A stretch of DNA of 64,000 nt from a virus: positions 19,540-83,539 of the IMG/VR virus record IMGVR_UViG_3300038722_000002. One strand, given 5' to 3'. This document shows, in pieces, positions 9,809 to 19,801 of the stretch. The first letter of the stretch is position 1, and every line of letters starts with the position of its first letter. The notes under the pieces were generated by a model. That model was not told the DNA's origin, searched no databases, and saw only the letters and a list, made by a program, of their open reading frames with translations. A program made the translations under genes and the position numbers.

Positions 9809-10768
9809 TTAGTTAAATAGCATATTGATAAATAAATTTAAATCTTCTTCTTTGAATGTTTCCGTAAACCCATCTGGAAACACCTCCTTGCTCACGTAAG
9901 AACCTATCCGTTTCTTAATGTAAGACTCTTTAGTGCTGCACTCAGATCCTCTTGGAAAATACAAAGTCATAAGTAATTCACTATTTCCAGAAAAACTCTT
10001 CAGTTGATGTTCAATCCTGTCCTTAGGTTGATTATTGGTGATTCCATACTTATAAAATACATCACCTTCATTCGGGGATAATCTATGAAGGTAGAGATGT
10101 GCGGGTTCTTCTGGTCTAAACCCTCTTTTACTGCAAGATGAACATCTTTGTTTTTCTTTATTTCTAAGATGATGTAACAATTCGGTGGTTATCTCACCAC
10201 AGTGTTCGTGCTTAGATTCCACGACCACGCGGTTAGTATCATTGCGCCAATAAGATATGAGAGTCCTGTCTTTGCTTTCCAACACCTCAATGATTTGCGA
10301 CTCAGTGTAAGTCCCTATATATCCCGAGCATTCCGTACATCCAGAGGAACCACTAAGTATGTTACCTACGTTAGCTGATATTCGATGTCCTTGTGGACAC
10401 CTTAAACGCCACTTACTAGAAGTCGGTGTCGTCTTAGGTGCCTCTATAACCTGAAACCCTTTCTGTGCTAACCTGTCAGTTAATTGTTTTGTTTTGAATT
10501 TTGCACAACCACAAGACTTAGTATTACCTGAAGTTAACGATCTACTCATTACTACAAAATAATTTCCAGCACACAATCCCTGACATCTAACTAGAACGTA
10601 ATTACGCTTATCACGTCTTGATCTTCCTTCAGAAGATATGACATCCAGTGTCCCGTATCGCAAACCCTGTACATCATTTTGCTTCTTGGATATATCTAGA
10701 TTGTAATAGGATGAGTAATAATTCCTCGCCTCTTCCTCCGTAGAAAAGCATTCTCTTCTAGCCTTCAT
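9809..10768 (-). CDS. Free-standing homing endonuclease (Zn-ribbon repeats plus GIY-YIG-like C-terminus)
   Basis: LTSGNTKSCGC, CPQGH, GCTEC and CSSC motifs; C-terminal HLYL...FYKYGIT...R...DGFTETF; inserted between neck and sheath genes. Confidence 0.8.
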   Translation of the reverse strand: MKARRECFSTEEEARNYYSSYYNLDISKKQNDVQGLRYGTLDVISSEGRSRRDKRNYVLVRCQGLCAGNYFVVMSRSLTSGNTKSCGCAKFKTKQLTDRLAQKGFQVIEAPKTTPTSSKWRLRCPQGHRISANVGNILSGSSGCTECSGYIGTYTESQIIEVLESKDRTLISYWRNDTNRVVVESKHEHCGEITTELLHHLRNKEKQRCSSCSKRGFRPEEPAHLYLHRLSPNEGDVFYKYGITNNQPKDRIEHQLKSFSGNSELLMTLYFPRGSECSTKESYIKKRIGSYVSKEVFPDGFTETFKEEDLNLFINMLFN

Positions 10769-10782
10769 GCTTTTATTATCCT

Positions 10783-11361
10783 CTAAGGAGTTGTTACAAC
10801 TATATCAATGGGAATAGGATTAGGGTCATCCTCCCCTTCTTTCAATTCACCATCTATATCTACGGTATCAATGAAGCCATCTGACTCCACATCCACGTAA
10901 CGGTCATTTACATTAACCACTAAGCTGAATGAACTTGATTCTACCCATTTATCAGCCAACTTCTGAGGGAGGCTGATAACAGGGTTTGTATTAACTATTA
11001 AAACTTCTACTTCTGTTTCAATAGAATTTCTTACACGTTCTAATCTGAAATACGTTTCTAAGTCGTGTGCTATCTTTACAGCATCGTTGTATCCATACAC
11101 AGTATAATTAAGCAGAAGCTCATAATGTGTTTCGTACATCTTGTTGCCGTTTAGGTCTATTCCTTCATTGAACAACCAACCTGCTTCCTGACGTGTCTGT
11201 AATAAATCTAAGACCACGTAAGGGTAATCTGGTTTAGCAGGTTTCTGCCTTGCTCGTATGACCGAAGGATGTGTCCCATCGATGAGAGATAGTTGATCTC
11301 CTACCCCGTCTGCTGCCACACGAATAAACTTACCAAGGATTGCATCGTAATCTATTGCCAC
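10783..11361 (-). CDS. Tail terminator / neck protein
   Basis: KPDYPYVVL motif; last neck gene before the sheath region. Confidence 0.7.
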   Translation of the reverse strand: MAIDYDAILGKFIRVAADGVGDQLSLIDGTHPSVIRARQKPAKPDYPYVVLDLLQTRQEAGWLFNEGIDLNGNKMYETHYELLLNYTVYGYNDAVKIAHDLETYFRLERVRNSIETEVEVLIVNTNPVISLPQKLADKWVESSSFSLVVNVNDRYVDVESDGFIDTVDIDGELKEGEDDPNPIPIDIVVTTP

Positions 11362-11747
11362 TACACAACCTCCTGATCTCGTCTAATGAAGATGGCTTTG
11401 ACGTTATCCGTAATTAGTCCATATCCACCCCAATACTCAACGTAAAAACACTCATAGACTCTTCCACGGTACTCTGTGGTATCAGCCCTTCCCTTACCGA
11501 ACTGATCGGCAGTCTGTAGGATGTTAGCCTCATCTGTGTATATAACGATTGTATCGTTGGACGTTACACCTTCAGGAAGTTCTATCTGATTCTTACCGTT
11601 CCTAAAAGGTTGAACACTACATTTAATATCAAAGGTCGTTCCCACAACTTCAACTGAATACTGACCAGTATTAGGGTCGTACTGTGAGTCACTTGAATCG
11701 TATCGTGTGATAGTCTGTGTGTGTGTTTGCATTAACAATAATGACAT
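11361..11747 (-). CDS. Head closure (head-tail stopper) protein
   Basis: CSVQP...LPEG...IVIYT...AD...YRGRVYE pattern typical of head-closure proteins. Confidence 0.75.
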   Translation of the reverse strand: MSLLLMQTHTQTITRYDSSDSQYDPNTGQYSVEVVGTTFDIKCSVQPFRNGKNQIELPEGVTSNDTIVIYTDEANILQTADQFGKGRADTTEYRGRVYECFYVEYWGGYGLITDNVKAIFIRRDQEVV

Positions 11748-12241
11748 TAAGGTTTCACCACATTATCTACACTTGTTTTATATGCGTAAGCTGCTTTCAA
11801 TGCACCTGTATCTTCAAGAGGAGCATCAAACCCCTTCTCTTTGATTGTACTTCTGGCGTTAGGAGTTAAGGCTGAACTATTACCGAACAACTCTTTACCA
11901 CTATCTCTCACTGCCTGCCCTATCTTATCCAAGAACATTCCCATAGCTCCCACACGTTGTTGACTCTGTTTCCAGTTGACCAACTCTTTACGTACATCCA
12001 ATGTATTGATTGAACGCTTGGCGTTGTGAGCAACGATGGTATTAACTGGACGGGGTGGAATGTTTCTTTCAGGGTTTCCGAAGTGGTGATAAGCTAATAA
12101 TTCAGGGAAGCTCATACCACTGTAGTGTGTACCTTGTGACGCAAAACAGCCTACTTCTACTTTCTGTTCATCTAACTGCTTAAGATCGTTAAGAAGTTGC
12201 TGTAACTTCTGACTTCTCTTTTTTAGGCTTACTTTTAACAT
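11747..12241 (-). CDS. Neck / tail completion protein (HK97 gp10-like)
   Basis: HHFG...IPPRP and PNARSTIKEKGFDAPLEDTGAL motifs. Confidence 0.8.
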   Translation of the reverse strand: MLKVSLKKRSQKLQQLLNDLKQLDEQKVEVGCFASQGTHYSGMSFPELLAYHHFGNPERNIPPRPVNTIVAHNAKRSINTLDVRKELVNWKQSQQRVGAMGMFLDKIGQAVRDSGKELFGNSSALTPNARSTIKEKGFDAPLEDTGALKAAYAYKTSVDNVVKP

Positions 12242-12323
12242 TACGTTTAGCCTTTGGTTTTACTTTACTTTCTTCTTGCTCCAAGACAACTCCGTCTTTG
12301 GATACTTTACGTTTGATAATCAA
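12189..12323 (-). CDS. Small Lys-rich hypothetical protein (44 aa, TTG start)
   Basis: Manual translation MIIKRKVSKDGVVLEQEESKVKPKAKRNVKSKPKKEKSEVTATS; GGAG SD upstream; fills the gap between adaptor and neck genes. Confidence 0.5.
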   Translation of the reverse strand: MIIKRKVSKDGVVLEQEESKVKPKAKRNVKSKPKKEKSEVTATS

Positions 12324-12733
12324 TATTCATCTCCGCAGCAAGGGTTAATATCAGGAGGACAAGAAGTTGTAATCTTAATACCACCTTTAGCCTTCAATCC
12401 GTAATATCCAAAGATAGGACAAATATCACGTAATGAATCTATGTAGTCATCCCACCCTTGTTTAGCTGAACTACCATCGAAGTACGATACTTCAACTTCA
12501 TCGGTGCGTTGTTTTTGGATACCACCTGTTGCTGCGCCTACATTAGCAGCATTTACACCAGCAAGACTTCGTAATGATTTACAAAGCACTTCTGCGTAAT
12601 TAGAGTCATCGTCACCTACGTCAGCAATAATGTACTCATTAATATTTAACATCTGTGCGTCGGATAAACTATTACTTGGCGGGAGCCAGAGTTTATCGTC
12701 AGCTAATAGTTTATCTCTATCTATTGCTGCCAT
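12320..12733 (-). CDS. Head-tail adaptor / virion structural protein
   Basis: First gene after the capsid; QKQRTDEVEVSY beta-hairpin typical of adaptors. Confidence 0.65.
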   Translation of the reverse strand: MAAIDRDKLLADDKLWLPPSNSLSDAQMLNINEYIIADVGDDDSNYAEVLCKSLRSLAGVNAANVGAATGGIQKQRTDEVEVSYFDGSSAKQGWDDYIDSLRDICPIFGYYGLKAKGGIKITTSCPPDINPCCGDEY

Positions 12734-12792
12734 TTATGTTTTACCTAATGTTATCCTTTATTATTAACGTCTAAGTTATCCACCTAAAAGTT

Positions 12793-12822
12793 AATAATAA
12801 AGGAGCTGCGTTAACAGCTCCT
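12793..12822 (-). terminator. Intrinsic terminator after the major capsid gene
   Basis: AGGAGCTG/CAGCTCCT stem (12801-12822), followed on the minus strand by TTTATTATT. Confidence 0.75.
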
Positions 12823-12834
12823 AAACAACTAATA

Positions 12835-13938
12835 TTAGTCTGAGGTAGTCAGAGCAATAATTAGTTTAGGGTTGATGTTCATAAAGAGCTTATTAGACTC
12901 TTGTGCAACATGAACACCAGTACGGTTAGAGACTTTACTCTGAGTGTACATAGGCAATGCAGTGGTGTTTACATTCTCACGGTCTTGAGCAGGAGCAAAA
13001 GCACGTTTAAACAATACATCACAACCTACAGGTACAACGTAAGCATCTGCGTCTGCAATCAACTTAGTGCCTTTGATTGAGGCGGTGTAACGGATGTAAC
13101 GGAAACCGTCATGTGAATCGAAGTATTGATACTGGAAGATACCAGAACCGCTACCGAAGTTGTCACGCGGAACTTCCATAGATGCTAGATCCAATGGGCC
13201 ACGAATGTCACGTGCCAAGCCTTCTTGCTTCTCAATATCGAAACGAGAATTATAGAAGTCTTTACCACACAAGATAACAGGACGGGTCATAGAACCACCT
13301 ACGTTATCCAACTCTTCGTGTAGCTGGTCGTAGATTGCCGCGAACTCACTAATGTGATCGTTAGCTGAACCCAAAGTCATATCGATCTTAGCGGGACGAG
13401 TTGTACCGTAGATGTCATTGTAGTAGTCGTAAGTTGCGTTAGGGCCACCAGCTTCATAGTTAGTGTCACCAGTAAGCAAACTAGCGAAACCTAGCTCGTC
13501 ATCCAAGTCCCAAGCCTTACGAGATTTCTTCAACATCTGAGCAATTACATACTCTTCTGTCATCAATTCGTTTGTGCCAGCCTGACGCTTGTTTGCGTAA
13601 TCTTTAGGAGCTACATTGTAGCTAAGACCACGTGAACCTACGGTGTAGATCAACTGGCGACCTTTGTCTTTACTTAGACGATCACCATAGGCTTCAAAAG
13701 TTTTACCGTTAGGAAGCTGTAGAGTTTCCTGTAGGTCATCATACTTGATGGTGTTGGTTTCTAGGTAAACGTCATCAGTTGAGTTACCGAACAAGGCAGT
13801 CAACAGCATAGGTTTAGATTCGAAACGCTCAACTACACTTAGTTCAACATTCTCCATCTCGAAAGCATTATCAAGAGAAGCCGACAGTGCTTTGTTCATA
13901 CCAGCTAGGGATTGTTCTTCATTAATCTTAATAGTCAT
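12835..13938 (-). CDS. Major capsid protein (phage capsid E-like)
   Basis: 367 aa after the decoration gene and followed by a terminator; FAPAQD...VNT...ESNKLFMNINPKLII C-terminus of the capsid-E type. Confidence 0.88.
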   Translation of the reverse strand: MTIKINEEQSLAGMNKALSASLDNAFEMENVELSVVERFESKPMLLTALFGNSTDDVYLETNTIKYDDLQETLQLPNGKTFEAYGDRLSKDKGRQLIYTVGSRGLSYNVAPKDYANKRQAGTNELMTEEYVIAQMLKKSRKAWDLDDELGFASLLTGDTNYEAGGPNATYDYYNDIYGTTRPAKIDMTLGSANDHISEFAAIYDQLHEELDNVGGSMTRPVILCGKDFYNSRFDIEKQEGLARDIRGPLDLASMEVPRDNFGSGSGIFQYQYFDSHDGFRYIRYTASIKGTKLIADADAYVVPVGCDVLFKRAFAPAQDRENVNTTALPMYTQSKVSNRTGVHVAQESNKLFMNINPKLIIALTTSD

Positions 13939-13957
13939 TTTATTATTAAATCCTTAT

Positions 13958-14440
13958 TTACAGGTAAGAGGCTTCAGCAGCTACGGCATCAGCGGTAGTG
14001 GTGATACGTTGTTCTTCAAGCTGAGTCAAGAACAGAGCTTGTGCAGGTGCAGCGGCGCTACCCCAAACCATACCCTCATTTTTAATGATTGCATCACCAC
14101 GATATAGAACAGTCATGGTTACGTCACCAGCAGAAAGATCAGTATCGGCTTTATTGAAACCTAGACCATTGGCTGTACCAACTACGATAGCGATAGCAGC
14201 ATCACCTTTCAGTGGTGAAGTACCAGTAGCCATAGCAGCACCGATATCTTGTGCAACGTAAACCTCGAAACGAGAGTTCGCATTAGACCAGATAACAGGA
14301 ACACCGATTGCTGGGATAGTTGCACTACCACCTACTGTTACAGATGCGTAGTTGAAATTAGTTTTAGTGTCTTCTTCAAAAGACATCACGCCAGCAATTA
14401 GGTCTGACAAGTAAGCGCGTTCAGTAGCGTTAACAGGCAT
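13958..14440 (-). CDS. Head decoration/stabilisation protein
   Basis: 160 aa, Ala-rich, VLYRGDAII motif; lies between scaffold and capsid genes. Confidence 0.75.
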   Translation of the reverse strand: MPVNATERAYLSDLIAGVMSFEEDTKTNFNYASVTVGGSATIPAIGVPVIWSNANSRFEVYVAQDIGAAMATGTSPLKGDAAIAIVVGTANGLGFNKADTDLSAGDVTMTVLYRGDAIIKNEGMVWGSAAAPAQALFLTQLEEQRITTTADAVAAEASYL

Positions 14441-14455
14441 TATGTATAACTCCGA

Positions 14456-15157
14456 TTATTTAGATTGTGGGGCGAAGGCAGCAATGCGATCACTTAGAGA
14501 TTTCTCAATCTCCACTTCTGCTTCTACTGATTCACCAGCTTCTTCAGATAATTCTTTAACTAGGGGATTCTCAGGAGATACACTCTTCTGTGCTTTCTCT
14601 AGTTCAGCAGCAGCAACTTCACCAGCTTCAGCTAGGGCTACTTCGCCTTGTGCGATCAAAGCATCAAAGGCTTTTAGTAGAACGTCTTGTCCTTCTTCAA
14701 CAGAAGCTAGAACAACACTAAGCTCAGTCTCAAGTTCTTTCTCAAAAGAATACGCTGAAAGAGTTGCAGCAGCGTTAGCGGTTTTTAGTTGCTTCTCAAG
14801 GGCAACAATACGAGCCTCTTGTGCAGCCATGATTTCATCAGACATGTTTTTGTCATTTCCTTTAGTAATAGTAGGGGTTTCTACCTCAGCAGCCTCGTCA
14901 GTATTAACATCTGAGGTAGAGGATTTAGTACATTCTTCCATAGATTTATCTACTTCAGAAATATCGTAACCAACGCTCTCTAACAGGGAACGCTGTTTTA
15001 ATGAAAGAGTTTTACCTTCCTCTAACGACTTCAGGAGGATAGGGTTATTCATAAGCGAACATGCCCCACCTGCACTAACGTCTGTCAAAGCTAAATGCGC
15101 TTTGTCGAAGTCAAAACTAATCTTTGTTAGCTTTCTTTTCACTGTCTTACTCATCAA
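14456..15157 (-). CDS. Capsid scaffolding protein
   Basis: Acidic Ala/Glu-rich coiled-coil; lies between protease and decoration genes. Confidence 0.7.
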   Translation of the reverse strand: MMSKTVKRKLTKISFDFDKAHLALTDVSAGGACSLMNNPILLKSLEEGKTLSLKQRSLLESVGYDISEVDKSMEECTKSSTSDVNTDEAAEVETPTITKGNDKNMSDEIMAAQEARIVALEKQLKTANAAATLSAYSFEKELETELSVVLASVEEGQDVLLKAFDALIAQGEVALAEAGEVAAAELEKAQKSVSPENPLVKELSEEAGESVEAEVEIEKSLSDRIAAFAPQSK

Positions 15158-15854
15158 CTTCTTCCCAAGTAGCTACAGCACCAATTGATACACCCATAAA
15201 TTCTCCTTGCTTACGGAGATCCCATGCGTCTTTATTAACGTATTGAACTTCTACCAAAGGCATACCTTTCTTGACTTCAGTTTCTCCTATCATGCAATCA
15301 CACTCGTTAACCCAAGCGCGAACAGGAGTAAAATCTTCCGTCATTACCTTATGGAAATAATTACCTGACATGGTGCCTTCTTCACAAGCCTTGTTGAAGC
15401 TCTTAACCATGTCATAACACACTTCAGGAGACGCATACGTATCTCCAACCCCATCTACATCACCTATTGCAATGTATAGAGGTTCAATGGCAATCATTTT
15501 CTCATCTTCAAACTGCTTAACGATAGGCATCAAAGCCTCGCCTTTCTCACTGTCACCGAACTTAGATACGATTGATTCCAGAGCTTTAACTAATGTAGAA
15601 GTAGTTTGATACTCAGTGGTCGATACTACAACCTCAGCTTCATCACCTAGCTCTACATCTACACCATTCATTGTGTAAGACGTTCGGAACATTTCATAAT
15701 GCCCGTCTCCTACACTACCATCCCAGTAGACATAACTTTCATCGTAATCTGTTAGGTAGGGGTATCCGTGAGAGTTACTAAACTTCTTAGAGATTGCACG
15801 ATTGAGTAATCGGTGCTTATCCTTCTCAGTAGCCTTGTTCAAAATTGCTGTCAT
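15147..15854 (-). CDS. Prohead protease (XkdF-like serine protease)
   Basis: DVDGVGD, NYFH and WDLRKQGEFMGVSIGA motifs. Confidence 0.8.
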   Translation of the reverse strand: MTAILNKATEKDKHRLLNRAISKKFSNSHGYPYLTDYDESYVYWDGSVGDGHYEMFRTSYTMNGVDVELGDEAEVVVSTTEYQTTSTLVKALESIVSKFGDSEKGEALMPIVKQFEDEKMIAIEPLYIAIGDVDGVGDTYASPEVCYDMVKSFNKACEEGTMSGNYFHKVMTEDFTPVRAWVNECDCMIGETEVKKGMPLVEVQYVNKDAWDLRKQGEFMGVSIGAVATWEEVDE

Positions 15855-15863
15855 ATAACCTTC

Positions 15864-17468
15864 TTATAAGTTCTTCTTAATAAACATTGGAGCACCTGTT
15901 GTTGTATTAACCACTACAAGCTCATCTTCGGTTTCATAATCCACCTCGAATGACTCCATTGATTTATTCTCAGAGTTTGTACTTGAGGCTGCACCACCTG
16001 ACTGTGTATCACCTGTACCACTAGAGCCTTTGGATTCCCCAGCGCGTGACTGAATATTCATCTCTTTACGTTCAACTAGGTGTTCTTCTAAACCGTCTAA
16101 AGACCATCCAGCCGATGTGTACAGATCAGCTATTGCGGCATCCGTAAGCAATTCCACAGAACCACCACGTTGCAATACCTTAGATAATGTATCGTGGTCT
16201 GGTTTACTAGGGTCATCTGGAACAAATACTGGCATCTGATCGTAAGGGAGGTAAATATCATTGGCAGCTAAGAGACGAGGAATGAGTTGTGTGTTAATCA
16301 CATCAACTTTCCAGTCGATACAGCGTCTAATGAAGTAATCATGTGTGGTCATCTGACTACCAGCTAAGGCGTTAGACCCATGACCATTCTGTCCGAGCAG
16401 CAAGAACCCTGTACCAAAAACATTGTAAATAGATTTACGTTTCTGGTTAATAATATCCTCTGTACGATACTGTGTACCGCCACCTTGAATACCTTTTAGT
16501 TCCAAGTCGTATAAATACTTCTTACTATATTCATCTACATCTGAAGTTAGAACTATGTGAGTTGACTTACCTGCCTGCAATCGACTTGCATCTGACTGTA
16601 GAGCGGCATACTCTTTAGCTTCTTCAGGATAACGTGTTGGATCGTTAGCTCGTTCTATCAGCTCCGAAGGAACCCTAACAACAACTAAACCACCGAAATC
16701 TTTACTGACACCAACCACTTCATAATGCTCAACCAACTTCTTCTCTGTCAATGCGTCATAACACATGTTCAACGGAGAGTTACCTTGAGGGTTATTAAAT
16801 GTTGGGTTGTGCCTGAAATGCAACATCTGTTGTGTACTAATAAAAGGATACTTATTATTATCTAAATAAGATGAACCCGATATATCAGTCAGCGGTATGT
16901 TGCTGCTGAAATCTGAGTACCCTTTTTCTCTTGCTTGTACAAGATTAGGTTTCTGTACGAAGCCCTTCAGGTCACGATTATGTTTATCCCACACCCAACC
17001 GTATAATGATTTAGGATCACGTGGAGCCAGTTTCTTGAGAGTGTAAGCACCTTTATATTCACCGTACTTAGCTTTCTCTAAAACTATATTCTCTATGGCA
17101 AACCCATAAGTCAAATCAGTGGCAGCGTTATTCATCGCCTCCATCCAAGTGCCGTAGCCCATGTTCCTAATACAATAGTTTAAGAACTTAGCCATTTGCT
17201 TACTTAGATTGGAATCTTTAGCAACTACCTGTCCTCCGTTCAACGCTGCTACCACTTGAATATTGGTAGTATCAACACTGTTACCAACAGCATCGTCTAA
17301 CATCATATTCTCATACGTGCAGAAGCGTCGAGGGAGCTTTAAGTCATCCTTTTTTAAATCTTGGATGAACCTAGAAGAAGTTACGATACCTGATTGACCT
17401 TTCTCGTTTGTTAGAGGCCGTGTCACCGTCTTAGGTGTACTTTCAGCCTTATCTAAACTTTCGGTCAT
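15864..17468 (-). CDS. Portal protein
   Basis: 534 aa after terminase; YGFAIENIV, NPQGNSPL and GFLLLG...GSNAL motifs (DUF935-like portal). Confidence 0.9.
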   Translation of the reverse strand: MTESLDKAESTPKTVTRPLTNEKGQSGIVTSSRFIQDLKKDDLKLPRRFCTYENMMLDDAVGNSVDTTNIQVVAALNGGQVVAKDSNLSKQMAKFLNYCIRNMGYGTWMEAMNNAATDLTYGFAIENIVLEKAKYGEYKGAYTLKKLAPRDPKSLYGWVWDKHNRDLKGFVQKPNLVQAREKGYSDFSSNIPLTDISGSSYLDNNKYPFISTQQMLHFRHNPTFNNPQGNSPLNMCYDALTEKKLVEHYEVVGVSKDFGGLVVVRVPSELIERANDPTRYPEEAKEYAALQSDASRLQAGKSTHIVLTSDVDEYSKKYLYDLELKGIQGGGTQYRTEDIINQKRKSIYNVFGTGFLLLGQNGHGSNALAGSQMTTHDYFIRRCIDWKVDVINTQLIPRLLAANDIYLPYDQMPVFVPDDPSKPDHDTLSKVLQRGGSVELLTDAAIADLYTSAGWSLDGLEEHLVERKEMNIQSRAGESKGSSGTGDTQSGGAASSTNSENKSMESFEVDYETEDELVVVNTTTGAPMFIKKNL

Positions 17469-17476
17469 GTATCACC

Positions 17477-17800
17477 TTATTTCTTTGTGGTGGTCTTCTT
17501 AGAGGACTTAGGTTTATCTTTCTTCTTAGGAGTCTCTTTAACTTCCACCTCTTCAGTAGGAACAGGAGCCTCTTTCTCTTTAACAAACGTCAGGGTGTCT
17601 TCTAGCTCTCGGTACAATACTGCACGACCAGAATTACCTTTGAAGTTACGCATAGACGCATCAGCACGTTTGTTGTTATCAGCTATACGCCAACCATCAA
17701 CAATAGCCTCTTGTAAGCGTAGGAAGAACTCTTTCTCCCACTTCATACCTGTACCTTTGGTGTTGATCACCTTACGTTCTAGTTCTTTTTCTACGGTCAC
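17477..17800 (-). CDS. Hypothetical protein with Lys-rich tail
   Basis: ORF abutting terL and portal within the operon. Confidence 0.7.
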   Translation of the reverse strand: MTVEKELERKVINTKGTGMKWEKEFFLRLQEAIVDGWRIADNNKRADASMRNFKGNSGRAVLYRELEDTLTFVKEKEAPVPTEEVEVKETPKKKDKPKSSKKTTTKK

Positions 17801-19423
17801 TTAGGACTCCTTGTATTTAGGTGTTTCTTGTAAGGTGGCTGTGTAACTGTCTATGACGTTAGCCGCTCTTGATTCGTTTTGTTGTTGATTTCTTGTTACT
17901 ATGTTTACTGTCCTACCTGAACACGCTGCGGCAAACGCCATACTCATAGCATCCACCCAATCATCTTTACGTGCGCTATTACTTTTCTTTTCAGGGTCAA
18001 AGGCTTCAAGTTCAGAATACAGGGCGTTCAGGGTAGGTTTATCAAACGTACTTTCAACTATGTGTACTAAACCTAATGAACACGCCTGACAGAAGGGTTG
18101 GAATGCAACCAACTTCTTATTAGGTGTATTATGTGCAGACTTATCTTCCTTAACCTTCAGTCCTTCCTCTTGGAAACGACCTAACGTATAGTAATGATCT
18201 GTCGCAGCACCACCTGTATCTTTTGTAAATACCCAAGTGGTGTCGTCGCCGTCATGGTGGGCTTGTCGGATAAGCATGGAGTCTCTAGCCCCTGCTAATT
18301 TCCGCATCCTCCCATGAACCCTTTCCTTAGCATCTAATTTAAGCTGCTGAACGTCTGTATAGTCGTCTAGGTAGTCACCTATTAACCAATACTCTCCATT
18401 CCTATCCTTAGCTATCTTAGGGGATGTGGCTGTGAAGTCTGGTTGGGCGTAAACCTCACTAGGTTCACTATACCCCTTATCCGTTCCTCTGTACCACTTG
18501 AGATCAGGAGGTATATCTGCCAAGGAGCTAACCTTCTCTCCTGCTTCTCCTCTTAACCAATGTCGTTGCCATAACGACTGACTACGTGGACGAGAGTACC
18601 AGTTACCCCACAATTGAGTATCACGTTCATGGTCTGGTAGGTTATTCAACTCCGATAGGTACACAGGGTTCGCTTTCAAACCTAATGGGTTATCGAATAT
18701 ATTAAAGAAGAAGTATGTGAACTTCTTCGGACGTATGTAAATCGTTTCATCCGAGTTAGGTATATCAACCCACAAACACTCAGGGTAGTTCTCTTGAAAC
18801 CACTCTTCCGATGGGCCGAAGATGAACTCACCTTCTTTTACTATGAACCACCTAATGTCCCCTCGTTTGTCGGGGTCTGGTGAACCATCCTCTTTCAAGT
18901 AGTATTCTACTAGAGGTAGGCACCAGCTATCAGGGTTAGGGTTGAGTGTCCCGACACAAAAGGAGTTCATATCTGCCTCTGAACGCAGACATGTCATCAA
19001 GAAGGTTACTTGGCTCTTAGAGAACTGATCGATTTCATCGAATCCTATAAGTGAGTAGCCTTTACCTCGGTGTGAACTCTTGTCGTCCTCGTAGAACATG
19101 TGACGATAGAATTGCTTTGCTCCCGAAGGCCACACCCAAGCCTTATCTGAAATCTTAGGTTGTGCGCCGAAGAGGGGATATTGGTTTTCACCTTTCTCCC
19201 ACAGGCCGTTAGCACCCATAATTTCATCGTATTGTCTTCGGAAGAATATCCCCCTGAAACTCTTATCCTCTGCAAAGCAGCAGGGGATCATACTAAGTAT
19301 TTCTGACTTGCCACCGAATCGTGCGCCACCCCATAACATGAAGTCCACATCACCGATCATACTGAAAGCTAACTCTTGATTACCTTCTTGGGGGCGTACA
19401 TCTTGCCACGTCTCATATCCCAT
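17801..19423 (-). CDS. terL: Terminase large subunit
   Basis: Walker A GGARFGGKS, Walker B IGFDEIDQF, coupling motif TLNP, nuclease-domain KDDWVDA. Confidence 0.95.
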   Translation of the reverse strand: MGYETWQDVRPQEGNQELAFSMIGDVDFMLWGGARFGGKSEILSMIPCCFAEDKSFRGIFFRRQYDEIMGANGLWEKGENQYPLFGAQPKISDKAWVWPSGAKQFYRHMFYEDDKSSHRGKGYSLIGFDEIDQFSKSQVTFLMTCLRSEADMNSFCVGTLNPNPDSWCLPLVEYYLKEDGSPDPDKRGDIRWFIVKEGEFIFGPSEEWFQENYPECLWVDIPNSDETIYIRPKKFTYFFFNIFDNPLGLKANPVYLSELNNLPDHERDTQLWGNWYSRPRSQSLWQRHWLRGEAGEKVSSLADIPPDLKWYRGTDKGYSEPSEVYAQPDFTATSPKIAKDRNGEYWLIGDYLDDYTDVQQLKLDAKERVHGRMRKLAGARDSMLIRQAHHDGDDTTWVFTKDTGGAATDHYYTLGRFQEEGLKVKEDKSAHNTPNKKLVAFQPFCQACSLGLVHIVESTFDKPTLNALYSELEAFDPEKKSNSARKDDWVDAMSMAFAAACSGRTVNIVTRNQQQNESRAANVIDSYTATLQETPKYKES

Positions 19424-19440
19424 GCTTTAAACCAACAGGA

Positions 19441-19800
19441 CAATAACCTCTCACAGTACTGTCTATCTCAAAATGTTAATAGATATAGGACACTGCTTAG
19501 GTGAGAGATAGGCCATACAATATGACAACTAAACAGTGTTACAGCAGAAGATGATGAACTCATCTCCACCACCATTCCAAGCTAAGGAGTGTGGATGATC
19601 AAGACCACGGTTACTTAGAACGCCTATAAGGAGGTTGTTACACATGATGTATAACGAATTTGTGTCAACGCTGCCACTTCGCCTGCACGTTGAAATCTCT
19701 GTCTCTCATCACTGTACACCACCTTGCTAGGAGAGGGAGCAGGGGGTGGTGTAGGGAGTAGTTTAGACAGCCTCGTCTCTGAACTGAGGGTGTTTAGTCC
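19441..19800 (+). ncRNA. Putative structured RNA between terS and terL (G-U pairs favour the + strand)
   Basis: Multiple helices, e.g. TACACCACC 19715-23 with GGTGGTGTA 19745-53, and AATAACCTC 19442-50 with GAGGTTGTT 19631-39; no ORF called. Confidence 0.45.
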
Positions 19801-19801
19801 T

